64,000 nucleotides of DNA, from contig CP051526.1 of the NCBI GenBank assembly GCA_050916045.1, positions 3,552,001 to 3,616,000 on the forward strand. The letters run 5' to 3'. The position numbers were made by a program, and so were the translations under genes. Below are positions 49,592 through 58,411 of this stretch, in pieces. Below the pieces are notes generated by a model. The model was not told where the DNA came from. It saw only the letters and a list, made by a program, of their open reading frames with translations, and did not search any database. Every line of letters starts with the position of its first letter. Positions within the stretch are counted from its first letter, which is position 1. This stretch comes from Tepidisphaera sp. (GTDB taxonomy: Bacteria; Planctomycetota; Phycisphaerae; Phycisphaerales; UBA1924).

Positions 49592-50317
49592 ATGTCGCAT
49601 TCTGACACCCATCACGAGTTCCCCAAGACCGACTGGACGCGCCTCCTCGCCGCTCGCGAAGGCGGGGGCTCGCTCGATGACGCCGTCCGCGTCTACTGGA
49701 GCCCCGTCTTTGCTTATCTACGCCGCAGCGGGCTCGCGTCGGCTGACGCCGAAGACCTCACACAGGAGTTCATGGCGACTGTGGTTCTCGGACGCGACCT
49801 CATCGGACGCGCAGACCCCGACCGCGCCCGCTTCCGGACCTTCCTCAAAGCCTCCCTGCGCAACTTTCTCCTGGACTACCACAAAAGCCCGACCGCCCGC
49901 GAACGCCGCACGGCCAAGCCGCTCGGCCTGCCCGCCGACGCCCCCTCCGCGTTCCCAGAACCAGCCGCTTCCGACACCGCCGAGACCGCTTTCGACCGCC
50001 AATGGGCCGCGGCGCTCATCGACATGGCTCTCCGCCGCGGAGAAGCGTACTGCGAACAGGCCGGGATGCAGCTTCACTGGAAGCTCTTTCGGGCCACCAC
50101 CGTCGACCCTCTTTCCGGCACCAGCGCCGCTCCACCGCAGGCCGATCTCGCCCGTCAGTTCGATGTCGAACCCGCGCGGGCCGTCGAGATGATCCAGACC
50201 GCCCGCAAGGTCTTTCGCCGCATGTTCAAGGCCACGGTTGCCGAGACGGTCAGCGGGGCCGAGCAGGTCGACGATGAGCTCCAGCGGGTGCTTTCTTCGC
50301 TCGGGATCCGTTCGTAA
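49592..50317 (+). CDS. ECF-type RNA polymerase sigma factor (kinase-associated planctomycete type)
   Basis: FPKTDW, YWSPVFAYL, DAEDLTQEF, RFRTFLKASLRNF, FDRQWA, VDDEL. Confidence 0.85.
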   Translation: MSHSDTHHEFPKTDWTRLLAAREGGGSLDDAVRVYWSPVFAYLRRSGLASADAEDLTQEFMATVVLGRDLIGRADPDRARFRTFLKASLRNFLLDYHKSPTARERRTAKPLGLPADAPSAFPEPAASDTAETAFDRQWAAALIDMALRRGEAYCEQAGMQLHWKLFRATTVDPLSGTSAAPPQADLARQFDVEPARAVEMIQTARKVFRRMFKATVAETVSGAEQVDDELQRVLSSLGIRS

Positions 50318-50450
50318 GGCAAGCTCCAGCGATCGCCGCCCTCTGGCCGATGAACCGGCGGAGACCCCCGGCGGCTATCATGCCTTCGAGTCGGTCACCC
50401 GATCTTTATACGAACAATTGGCCGCTTCGCGGCTCGGCACGGAGCCCACG

Positions 50451-51611
50451 ATGTTTCTGATCCGGCAATCCAAAGCGGAAGACACCGGCACGCTCCTCAA
50501 ACTCGCCCGGATGGTCTATTTCATCAATCTGCCGCCGGACGAGCGGCTGATCGCGTCCAAAATCCAGCAGAGCCGGGAGTGCTTCCGGTACGCCGCGACC
50601 GTCGCCGGCGACCAGACCGACGCGAGCGAGGCCGAGGAGCAGTCGCATCGTCGCGGGATCACCGGCCTCGCGCACGCCGAATCCGACGTCTTCATGTTCA
50701 CCATCCTGGACAAGAGCTCCGGCGGCGTCGTCGGCACCTCGCAGATCCGGTCGCACATGGGCGGTCCGGGCAACCCCAACTACTCGCTCAAGGTCTTCTC
50801 GCGCGAGTTCCGGTCCTCCAACCTGGGGATCGGCACGACGCACCTCCTCGCCCGGCTTCACGCCGACGAGAGCGGGCCCAGCGAGATCGGCGGCCTCATC
50901 ATCCAGCCGGCATTCCGCGGTCACAAAGAGCGGCCGGGCCGGTTCCTTTCATGGGTGAGGTTCCACTTCATCGGGCTGCGGCGCTCTCTCTTCGCGTCCA
51001 AGATCATCGCCGAGATGGCTCCGACTGTGACAAGCGACGGCGACAACCTCTTCTGGGACTCCATCGGCCGCAAGTTCATCCCGGTGAAGTACGTCGAAGC
51101 CGACCGGTTCTGCCAGCACAACCGCAAGTTCATCGACGAGCTTTACCCCAAGGACGACATCTACCTCACGCTCCTCCCGCTCGAGGTCCTCAATCAGGTC
51201 GGACAGGTCGGCCACGAGACGATCCCCGCACGCCGGATGCTCGAAAAGCTCGGCTTCCAGTACCGCAACTACATCGACCCCTTCGACGGCGGCCCGCACC
51301 TCGAAGCCGCGACCGACCGGATTTCGCTCGTCCGCGAGACCAAAGCCACCACGTTCGCCGAACCTCTGGGCTCCAAGATCCAACCGACCCACCGCGGCAT
51401 CGTGAGCGTCTTCGACACCGACGGTGATTTCCGCGCGGTCGAATGCGACCTCGCGTTCGACAAGCAGGGCCGCCTCTCGATCCCCAAACGGGAGCTCGAC
51501 GCCTTGGAAGCCTCGCGCGGCGGGGCTTGCGGCGTCACACCGTTCGAAAAGCTCGGAACCAAAGCCACGACGACGAAACGCGCGAAAGCCGGCAAGAAGG
51601 TCAGGGTCTAG
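50451..51611 (+). CDS. astA: Arginine N-succinyltransferase
   Basis: INLPPD, GPSEIGGL, IIAEM, FWDSIGRKF, ARRMLEKLGF...IDPFDGGPHL. Confidence 0.88.
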   Translation: MFLIRQSKAEDTGTLLKLARMVYFINLPPDERLIASKIQQSRECFRYAATVAGDQTDASEAEEQSHRRGITGLAHAESDVFMFTILDKSSGGVVGTSQIRSHMGGPGNPNYSLKVFSREFRSSNLGIGTTHLLARLHADESGPSEIGGLIIQPAFRGHKERPGRFLSWVRFHFIGLRRSLFASKIIAEMAPTVTSDGDNLFWDSIGRKFIPVKYVEADRFCQHNRKFIDELYPKDDIYLTLLPLEVLNQVGQVGHETIPARRMLEKLGFQYRNYIDPFDGGPHLEAATDRISLVRETKATTFAEPLGSKIQPTHRGIVSVFDTDGDFRAVECDLAFDKQGRLSIPKRELDALEASRGGACGVTPFEKLGTKATTTKRAKAGKKVRV

Positions 51612-51641
51612 AGCTCTCCCCAAGAGCGACAAGGAGCGTCG

Positions 51642-52355
51642 ATGAAGCCCGTCGTCGGCATCACCATGGATCTCGCCGAGGTCGCCAGCGCGACCGGCAC
51701 CCGCTTGCGGGCCGAGTGCGGGATGGCTTACGCCGCCTGCATCCACGCCGCCGGCGCGACACCCCTCTTCCTTCCGCCGATCGTCGAAGAGATCCACACG
51801 CACCTCGAGATGATCGACGGCCTGGTCCTCACCGGCGGCGGCGACCCGCGCATGGAGCCCTTCGGCAGCGCGACTCATCCCGAAGCACGCTTGATGCACG
51901 AGCAGCGTCAGCGATACGAGACCGCTCTCCTCGCAGCCATCAACGATCGGCCCGAGCTTCCGGTGCTTGGCATCTGCCTGGGCATGCAGATGCTCGCGCT
52001 GGCTTCGGGCGGCACGCTTGAACAGCACCTGCCCGACCGCCTCGGACCCGCGGCGGAGCGGCACCGGTCGACAACGCACCCGATGACGCTGGACGCCGGT
52101 GCCGCGCGAGCGCTGGGCCTCCAAGCCCCCGCGACCGGCGACGTCGCGAGCTTCCACCACCAAGCCGTCAAGGACCCGGGCAAGCTCCGCGTCGTCGCGA
52201 CCGACACCGACGGCACCATCGAAGCCGTCGTCGATCCGGCGTGCGACTACCGCGTGGGCGTGCAGTGGCACCCCGAGCGAACGCGCGACCGGGCTCTGGG
52301 TCAGGACATCTTCGACGAGTTCGTTCGCCGCTGCCACACGCACGCGACGACCTGA
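51642..52355 (+). CDS. Peptidase C26 / gamma-glutamyl-GABA hydrolase-like amidohydrolase
   Basis: DGLVLTGGGD, LGICLGMQ (nucleophile Cys), SFHHQAV, DGTIEAV, GVQWHPE. Confidence 0.9.
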   Translation: MKPVVGITMDLAEVASATGTRLRAECGMAYAACIHAAGATPLFLPPIVEEIHTHLEMIDGLVLTGGGDPRMEPFGSATHPEARLMHEQRQRYETALLAAINDRPELPVLGICLGMQMLALASGGTLEQHLPDRLGPAAERHRSTTHPMTLDAGAARALGLQAPATGDVASFHHQAVKDPGKLRVVATDTDGTIEAVVDPACDYRVGVQWHPERTRDRALGQDIFDEFVRRCHTHATT

Positions 52356-52374
52356 GCCGCGATCGGGCTCACGA

Positions 52375-53682
52375 TCACTTCGGCGCCGGCTCCGGGTTCG
52401 GCACCAGAAGGCCGCCATCCTGCGTCGCGGGCTGCGGCCCGGCAGGCTCGGGGCCGACGGTGGTGGGCGGCGGCGGAGCTTTGAGCAGGTCTTCGAGGCG
52501 CGTCGAAAGCTGGCCAGCGATGAATTCCTGGACCAAGTAGGCCCACGGTCCGTGCTTGGCGTTGAACGCTTCCACGTCCTTTTTCACGTCCTCGGGCTTG
52601 CGCGGTTCGGAAGCCGCCGGCTTGGGCTTGGTGGGATCGACCTTCTCGTCCGCGGGGCTTGCCTGAGGAGCCGGCCGTTCCTTCTCGTCGTACTCAGCGC
52701 CGAGGGCAAGCCAGGCTTTGCCGTCCTGCTTGGTGACGCGGGCGGTGATGACCATGCCGTCAAACTTGGCGAATCGGGCGGTCGAGCGGGCGAAGGGAGC
52801 TTTGCCTCCCGGCGACTTGACGGGCCCGGCGGCTTCGGTCTTGTCGAAGTCGATCGCGGCCCGCGGCTTGACGTCCTCGATGGAGAGGAATCCGATGGCG
52901 GTCGTGGGCTTGTCCGCTTCGCTCTCGTTGAGGAGCTCGCGTCCGGCGGGCATGTTGCGGACCTTGAAGTTGAGGTCCTTCTCGGTGTCGCGGAACGCTT
53001 CGAGCACGTTGGTCTTGACGGGGTCGCCGGCGACGAACGCCGGGTCGTCGTGCCGCGTGACGGTCACGGACTTCACCACATTTCGATCGACCTGAAGCAC
53101 GGTCCGCTCGATCCAACTCATCGGGTCGGTGTCGGCGCTGACGGGGCCGGTGACGAGGAACGCCTGATCGCCGCCGGCTTTGCGGGCGAAGATCCGCGAG
53201 TTGTCGCCGCCACCGAAGCTCGGATCACCGGGTTCGACGGCGTTGCCGATCAGCACGGAAGCGACGGAACGCTCGCCGTCCTTCAGCGTGATCAGCTTGG
53301 CGGTCGATCCTGCTTTGGTGACGTCGTCGACGCCGAGCAGGCCGAAAAGCTCGGGCTTGGAGGTCTTGGGCTCAACGACCTTCATCTCGACAAGAGCGGC
53401 CAGAAGGGGCTGGATGCGCTCGCCGACGGGGAAGCCGTCCTTCTCCGCGACGGTCCACGGGGCTTTCGGATCGGCGCGGCGGAGGTTCAGCGAGCGCGTG
53501 CCGTCCTTGATCTCAATCGACGTGACCTGCGCGAGCTCGGTGCGGAGTTCGGGGAGGAAGGGAGCGGTTTCGGCGATCGTGTTGGTCGCGTTCGGTGACG
53601 CGGGCGGGCGCGACGCGAAGTACGCGCCGACACCGACCGCAACCGTCACGCCAGCCAGAATGAGAAGTGTCTTGGGGTTCAT
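52375..53682 (-). CDS. DUF4340-like membrane-anchored protein
   Basis: N-terminal anchor; last gene of a Gld-like ABC cluster, the usual position of this family; KTSKPELFGLLGV pattern. Confidence 0.7.
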   Translation of the reverse strand: MNPKTLLILAGVTVAVGVGAYFASRPPASPNATNTIAETAPFLPELRTELAQVTSIEIKDGTRSLNLRRADPKAPWTVAEKDGFPVGERIQPLLAALVEMKVVEPKTSKPELFGLLGVDDVTKAGSTAKLITLKDGERSVASVLIGNAVEPGDPSFGGGDNSRIFARKAGGDQAFLVTGPVSADTDPMSWIERTVLQVDRNVVKSVTVTRHDDPAFVAGDPVKTNVLEAFRDTEKDLNFKVRNMPAGRELLNESEADKPTTAIGFLSIEDVKPRAAIDFDKTEAAGPVKSPGGKAPFARSTARFAKFDGMVITARVTKQDGKAWLALGAEYDEKERPAPQASPADEKVDPTKPKPAASEPRKPEDVKKDVEAFNAKHGPWAYLVQEFIAGQLSTRLEDLLKAPPPPTTVGPEPAGPQPATQDGGLLVPNPEPAPK

Positions 53683-53697
53683 CGGTTCACCATCGTG

Positions 53698-55641
53698 TTA
53701 GTTCTGAGCGGCCCGGCGCACGGTGCTCCGACGGTTGGCGCGGTAGACGCCGACGCCGACGGCGAGCAAGGCGACCAGAGCGGGAACGAGCGCGACGTTG
53801 ATCGCGCGGAGATTGCGGCCCATCGCCTCGATGCCTTTGTTCTGGTCGCGGAGGACCTGCCGGTTCTCCTTGTTGGCTTGGTAGAGGTCCGCCTGGAGTT
53901 TCTTGATGCGTTCCTCGAGGTCCGGAGGGGCGTCGAAGGTGCCGTCGGCTTTGGGCTGGCGTTTGCGGATTTCCTCGCTGAGCTTCATCTCGAACTGGCG
54001 GACCTTCTCGGCGGAAGCTTTCTGAGCGGCCGCGACTTCCTTGGCGGCTTCGGCTTTGATCTTCTCGACGCGGTCGAAGGGCCGCGCCCCCGAAGCGCGA
54101 GGCTTGATCGACAGAAGCTCGGAGGAGCCGCTGAGATTCTCGAGGCCGCCGACGAAGTAGAGCCCGTTGCTGGCCGCCGCCATGAACATCCGCTGCCGGC
54201 CGACCTGATACTCCTGGCCCCACGCCTGATCGTTCAGCATGTCGACGTCGGCGGTGAGGATGATGTTGGCGATGCCCTTGGATTCCTTGAGGTGCTTGGA
54301 AGCGTCCGGAGCCGGGGGCGGGGGCGACGACGGATCGGCGGGCGCGGGAGCGGGCGGGCCGCCCGGGAACGCCGACTGAATCCGGCCGGAAAGCCGCGCC
54401 GCGATCGTGTGCTTGGTGTTCTGGCTGTTGAACATCTCCATCACCTTGCTCATGTCCTGGACGAACTGGAGCTGGGATTTCTCGATCAGCATCGAATCCT
54501 CGCTGCTCTCGAGGAGCGGCTGGATGGTGAGGCCACTCTTGACGTCGGCTTTGGCTTTGATCGAACCGGTGAAGTAGGCGTTGACGGATTCAAGCCCGCG
54601 ACCGACCTCATCATCGCGCACGATCGCGGCGCCCTTGAGCATCAGGAACGGAAGCGTGGGAACCTCGATGACGCCCTGCCCCTGCTGGACTTGGCGGCGC
54701 GGCGCGTACGTGTTGTCGAGGACGACCTGCGTGTCGGAAACCTCGACGCCCCAAACGTCCAGGAGCTTCTTGAGGTTGCTGCTTCGGTCGGCCATCATGG
54801 CTTGCATCTGGTCGCGGGCGTTGATCGAGTCGTCGGTCTGGCACTGCGGATCGACGAAGACCATCAGGCGGCCGCCGCGCATCACGAACTGGTCGATCGC
54901 GTAGAGCGTTTGGTCGGAGAGGTTCTTGGGGTGGACGACCGCGAGAACCTCCAGGTAAGGCGGGATCTCGGTCACCGTGGGCTGAAGCTCCTCGACCTCG
55001 AAGGACTCGGCGAGGTCGACGAAAACGCGCCACTTGGTCTTGGGGACCGGCCGCTGCGTCGCGGGGTCAAAGCCGAAGGTCTGAATGCCGACCGTGCTCA
55101 TCACACCGATCTTCTTCTTGACGGAGGTCTTCAGCGCGTGGAGCATCTTCGCGAGGTCGTACTCGAGGAGTCTCTCGCCGCGGGGGTCAAACTGCGGGAT
55201 CACCTGCTTGCCGGTGGTGGTGTTGGTGCCGACGAGGCCGAAGAACATGACGTCGCCCTTGGCGGAGACGGGGATGGGCTCAAGTCCGTCGCGGACGGCC
55301 TGCTCCTCGTCGTCGCTGTAGGGCTCGGGGTTGACGATCTTGAGGGCGATCTTGCCCTTGGATTCCTTCGCGAACTCTTCGAGAAGCTCTCGGACCCGCT
55401 GGGCGTGAGCCATGACGTCCGGGTTGTCGACCGCGGCTTTGGACGAGAAGTAGTACCTGAGGGTGATCTGTTCGTCGATGCCGCGCGCGATGGACCTGGC
55501 GCCGTCGGACAGGGTGAAGAGCCGATCGGCGGTGAGGTCGAGACTCGCCCCCTTGAAGACGTTCTGGGCGATGATGTTGATCCCGAAAAACAGCGCGATC
55601 AGGAAGACGATCGCGGTCAGGCTCAGCAGTTTTTTGTTCAT
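53698..55641 (-). CDS. GldG-like ABC transporter auxiliary component
   Basis: LDLTADRLFTLS, NPEPYSDDEE, LEYDL, LYAIDQFVMRGG.LMVFVDP, ADVDML; N- and C-terminal TM helices. Confidence 0.88.
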   Translation of the reverse strand: MNKKLLSLTAIVFLIALFFGINIIAQNVFKGASLDLTADRLFTLSDGARSIARGIDEQITLRYYFSSKAAVDNPDVMAHAQRVRELLEEFAKESKGKIALKIVNPEPYSDDEEQAVRDGLEPIPVSAKGDVMFFGLVGTNTTTGKQVIPQFDPRGERLLEYDLAKMLHALKTSVKKKIGVMSTVGIQTFGFDPATQRPVPKTKWRVFVDLAESFEVEELQPTVTEIPPYLEVLAVVHPKNLSDQTLYAIDQFVMRGGRLMVFVDPQCQTDDSINARDQMQAMMADRSSNLKKLLDVWGVEVSDTQVVLDNTYAPRRQVQQGQGVIEVPTLPFLMLKGAAIVRDDEVGRGLESVNAYFTGSIKAKADVKSGLTIQPLLESSEDSMLIEKSQLQFVQDMSKVMEMFNSQNTKHTIAARLSGRIQSAFPGGPPAPAPADPSSPPPPAPDASKHLKESKGIANIILTADVDMLNDQAWGQEYQVGRQRMFMAAASNGLYFVGGLENLSGSSELLSIKPRASGARPFDRVEKIKAEAAKEVAAAQKASAEKVRQFEMKLSEEIRKRQPKADGTFDAPPDLEERIKKLQADLYQANKENRQVLRDQNKGIEAMGRNLRAINVALVPALVALLAVGVGVYRANRRSTVRRAAQN

Positions 55642-55720
55642 AGGAATCTTTCAGCCTCCCCACCGACCCGTACCCCGTCTCGTGACAGTCCCTCGCGGAG
55701 CATCGCTCCGCGCCGGCCGC

Positions 55721-56455
55721 TCATTCACCCTTCTTGGCTTCCAGGATCACGCCCGTCGCGGTGACAAAGACCCCGATCAACGACCCGTAGAACACCAGAT
55801 CGGTGGCCGCGATCCGGCCCTTGGCGATCTCCTGGAAGTGCGTCAGGAAGCTGAAGTTCGCCACCGCTTCGACCAGCGTGGGGTGAGCCCAGCCGCGGAG
55901 GAAATCAAGCACCGGGCTGAACCCCGCGAGCAGGAAGGCAAAGCAGACGACGACCGACAGGATGAAGGCGATCACCTGGCTCTTGGTGATCGCCGAGACC
56001 GCCGAACCGATCGCGAGGAACCCGCCCGCCATGAGGGCGCTGCCGATGTACCCCGCGATGATGATGCCGTTGTCGGGATCGCCGAGGTAGTTCACCGTGA
56101 TCCACATCGGGAACGTCAGCGACAGCGACAGGATCGAGAAAATCCACGCCGCGAGGAACTTGCCAAGCACCGCCGCCGGCATCGAGACCGGAAGCGTGAA
56201 CAGAAGCTCCACCGTGCCGGACTTGCGCTCCTCCGCCCAAAGCCGCATGGACAACGCGGGAATCAGGAAGAGGTAAAGCCAGGGGTGGGCCGCGAAGAAC
56301 ACCGACAGGTCCGCGCGGCCGTTCTCGAACCACTTGCTCAGCTGGAACGTGAAGACCCCCGCGAGCACGAGGAAGATGACGATGAACACGTACGCGACCG
56401 GGGTGATGAAGTACCCCGCGAGCTCGCGTTTCAGAATCGGGATCAGACCTCTCAT
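55721..56455 (-). CDS. GldF-like ABC-2 permease
   Basis: KRELAGYF.TPVAY, PALSMRLWAEERKSGT.ELL.TLP, SA.TKSQVIAFI. Confidence 0.9.
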   Translation of the reverse strand: MRGLIPILKRELAGYFITPVAYVFIVIFLVLAGVFTFQLSKWFENGRADLSVFFAAHPWLYLFLIPALSMRLWAEERKSGTVELLFTLPVSMPAAVLGKFLAAWIFSILSLSLTFPMWITVNYLGDPDNGIIIAGYIGSALMAGGFLAIGSAVSAITKSQVIAFILSVVVCFAFLLAGFSPVLDFLRGWAHPTLVEAVANFSFLTHFQEIAKGRIAATDLVFYGSLIGVFVTATGVILEAKKGE

Positions 56456-56539
56456 GCTTTCGGTTCCCTTGGCTAACTGGCTTCAGGCAGGTTGCGTTGC
56501 CGCAAGCCGTCTGGTGAGAAGAGTGAAGGCGTGTCCGCT

Positions 56540-57499
56540 TCAGGCCGCGGTGATCTGACGGAAGACGTCGTCGAGGCGGCCGGTCATGACCTGGAGGCGT
56601 TCAACGCCCCAGCCGCGCTGCTTGATGTGCTTGGCCACCGCTTCGTCGATCGAGCGGCCGCCGTTGGAGAAGACGGTGCAGCGGACGACCGCCGAAGCAC
56701 CCTCGCCCGTGGTCCCGCCGTCCTCGACGCCGGCCACGCCGGGCAAGCGGGCGAGCTCCTCGAACACCATCACGCCCGCGGGCGGCCGGACGGTCAGCGC
56801 GACGGCGTTGTGGTACTTGCTCCGGCCCATGAGCGCCGAAGGTGTGCCGTCGGCGACGATGCGGCCGCGAGCGATGATCACCGCCCGCGTGCAGACGGCT
56901 TCCACTTCCTCAAGGATGTGCGTCGAGAGGACGATCGATTTGCCGCCGCTGGCCGCCATCTCCTGGATGAGCTTGCGGACCTGCTGCTTCTGGTTGGGGT
57001 CCAGGCCGTCGGTCGGTTCGTCCAGGACCAGCACGTCCGGGTCGTGCAAGATCGCTTGCGCGAGGCCGACGCGACGTTTGAAGCCCTTGGAAAGCGTGTC
57101 GATGGGCTGATAAAGCACGCCCTCAAGCTGGGTGAGCGCGATCGCGCGGGCGATCTTTTTCGAGCGTTCGGCGGCGGGGACGCCGCGAGCCTCCGCAATG
57201 AACTTCAGGAACCCGGCCGGTGTCATGTCCGAGTAAAGCGGCGCCCCCTCCGGCAGGTAGCCGATGCGGGACTTTACCGCCAGCGGGTCCGCGGAAACCT
57301 CGTGGCCGCAGACCTTCGCCGTTCCTTCCGTGGGCGAAAGGAACCCGGTGATCATCTTCATGGTGGTGCTTTTCCCCGCGCCGTTGGGCCCGAGAAACCC
57401 GAGCACCTCGCCCTTGCGCACGGTCAGGTCCAGCTTGTCCACAGCCAGAATCGGGCCGAACCGTTTGCTGAGGCCCGAAGTCACGATCATGTCGCTCAT
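56540..57499 (-). CDS. GldA-like ABC transporter ATP-binding protein
   Basis: GPNGAGKST, LSKGFKRRVGLAQA, VLDEPTDGLDP, STH. Confidence 0.93.
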   Translation of the reverse strand: MSDMIVTSGLSKRFGPILAVDKLDLTVRKGEVLGFLGPNGAGKSTTMKMITGFLSPTEGTAKVCGHEVSADPLAVKSRIGYLPEGAPLYSDMTPAGFLKFIAEARGVPAAERSKKIARAIALTQLEGVLYQPIDTLSKGFKRRVGLAQAILHDPDVLVLDEPTDGLDPNQKQQVRKLIQEMAASGGKSIVLSTHILEEVEAVCTRAVIIARGRIVADGTPSALMGRSKYHNAVALTVRPPAGVMVFEELARLPGVAGVEDGGTTGEGASAVVRCTVFSNGGRSIDEAVAKHIKQRGWGVERLQVMTGRLDDVFRQITAA

Positions 57500-57785
57500 C
57501 GCACGTCCTCTACTCACGATTGTCCACCGCCCGGGTCCGGACCCGTGGCGAGAGCGGCAAGTCTAGGAATCCCGTCGCGGACCTGGAGGGTGGGTCGAGA
57601 ATGCCACCCGCCAGCCGGCGCCGCGCCCCCACCAGACGCGCCAGATCGCAGAATCCTTCGCTCCCCGGACGGGAACTTGCCCCCGGGGTGGCCGGTCGCC
57701 CCCCCGTTTCGCATCACTTCCCCGTCGCACCGGCCCGGCCCCGGCGTGACGCGGAACACACCGGCGGCCGGCGCGGGATGTCAGC

Positions 57786-58229
57786 ATGAGCCATTCGAAG
57801 GAAGCCCTTGCGGAGCAGTCGTTTCTCGTCGACCAAGCGGGGGGGATCAGCGTGATCACCCTCGCCGAACCCAGCTTGCGGGAGCACCTGGCCGCCATCG
57901 TCGGCAACCGCCTCCTCGAGACGGCCCACCACTGCGGCGGGATGATGATCCTCAAGCACGACTTGGTCCGAGAATTCTCGAGCGCCTGGATCAATGAGCT
58001 GCTCCGGCTCACCGTCCACTGCTCCGGCCTTGGCGGGCACCTCATCGCCACGGGCCTAAATCCAAACGGAATCCAAATTCTTCGAACGACGGGGCTTGAC
58101 AAACGACTCAACCTCGCCGATCATGAGGCCGCTGCTCGTGAAATGTTCGCACTTCGTTCGAGCGACGATGGGGCCTCGGTCTTGGCTTGGCTGTTCGGCA
58201 AGCCGAGACAGTCCGGCCGGGCCGCGTAG
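57786..58229 (+). CDS. STAS-domain (anti-sigma-factor antagonist-like) protein
   Basis: VREFSSAWINELL...GGHL...GLNPNG.QILRTTGLDKRL pattern. Confidence 0.7.
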   Translation: MSHSKEALAEQSFLVDQAGGISVITLAEPSLREHLAAIVGNRLLETAHHCGGMMILKHDLVREFSSAWINELLRLTVHCSGLGGHLIATGLNPNGIQILRTTGLDKRLNLADHEAAAREMFALRSSDDGASVLAWLFGKPRQSGRAA

Positions 58230-58411
58230 GGCCGGCGGACGTTGTCCGCGGGGCCGTCAACCGGGATTTTCCGCCCGTGCAGGGAGAGAGACGAGGCGGC
58301 ATGAGCATTCGGCCGACCGGGAGCAACTCCTGCTTCCCGTCGGCCGAATCTCCTTGTATTCTGGCCGAGATTCCCGTCCGGGTTCTCGGGCTGGGAGTGA
58401 GGAGCGGATCG

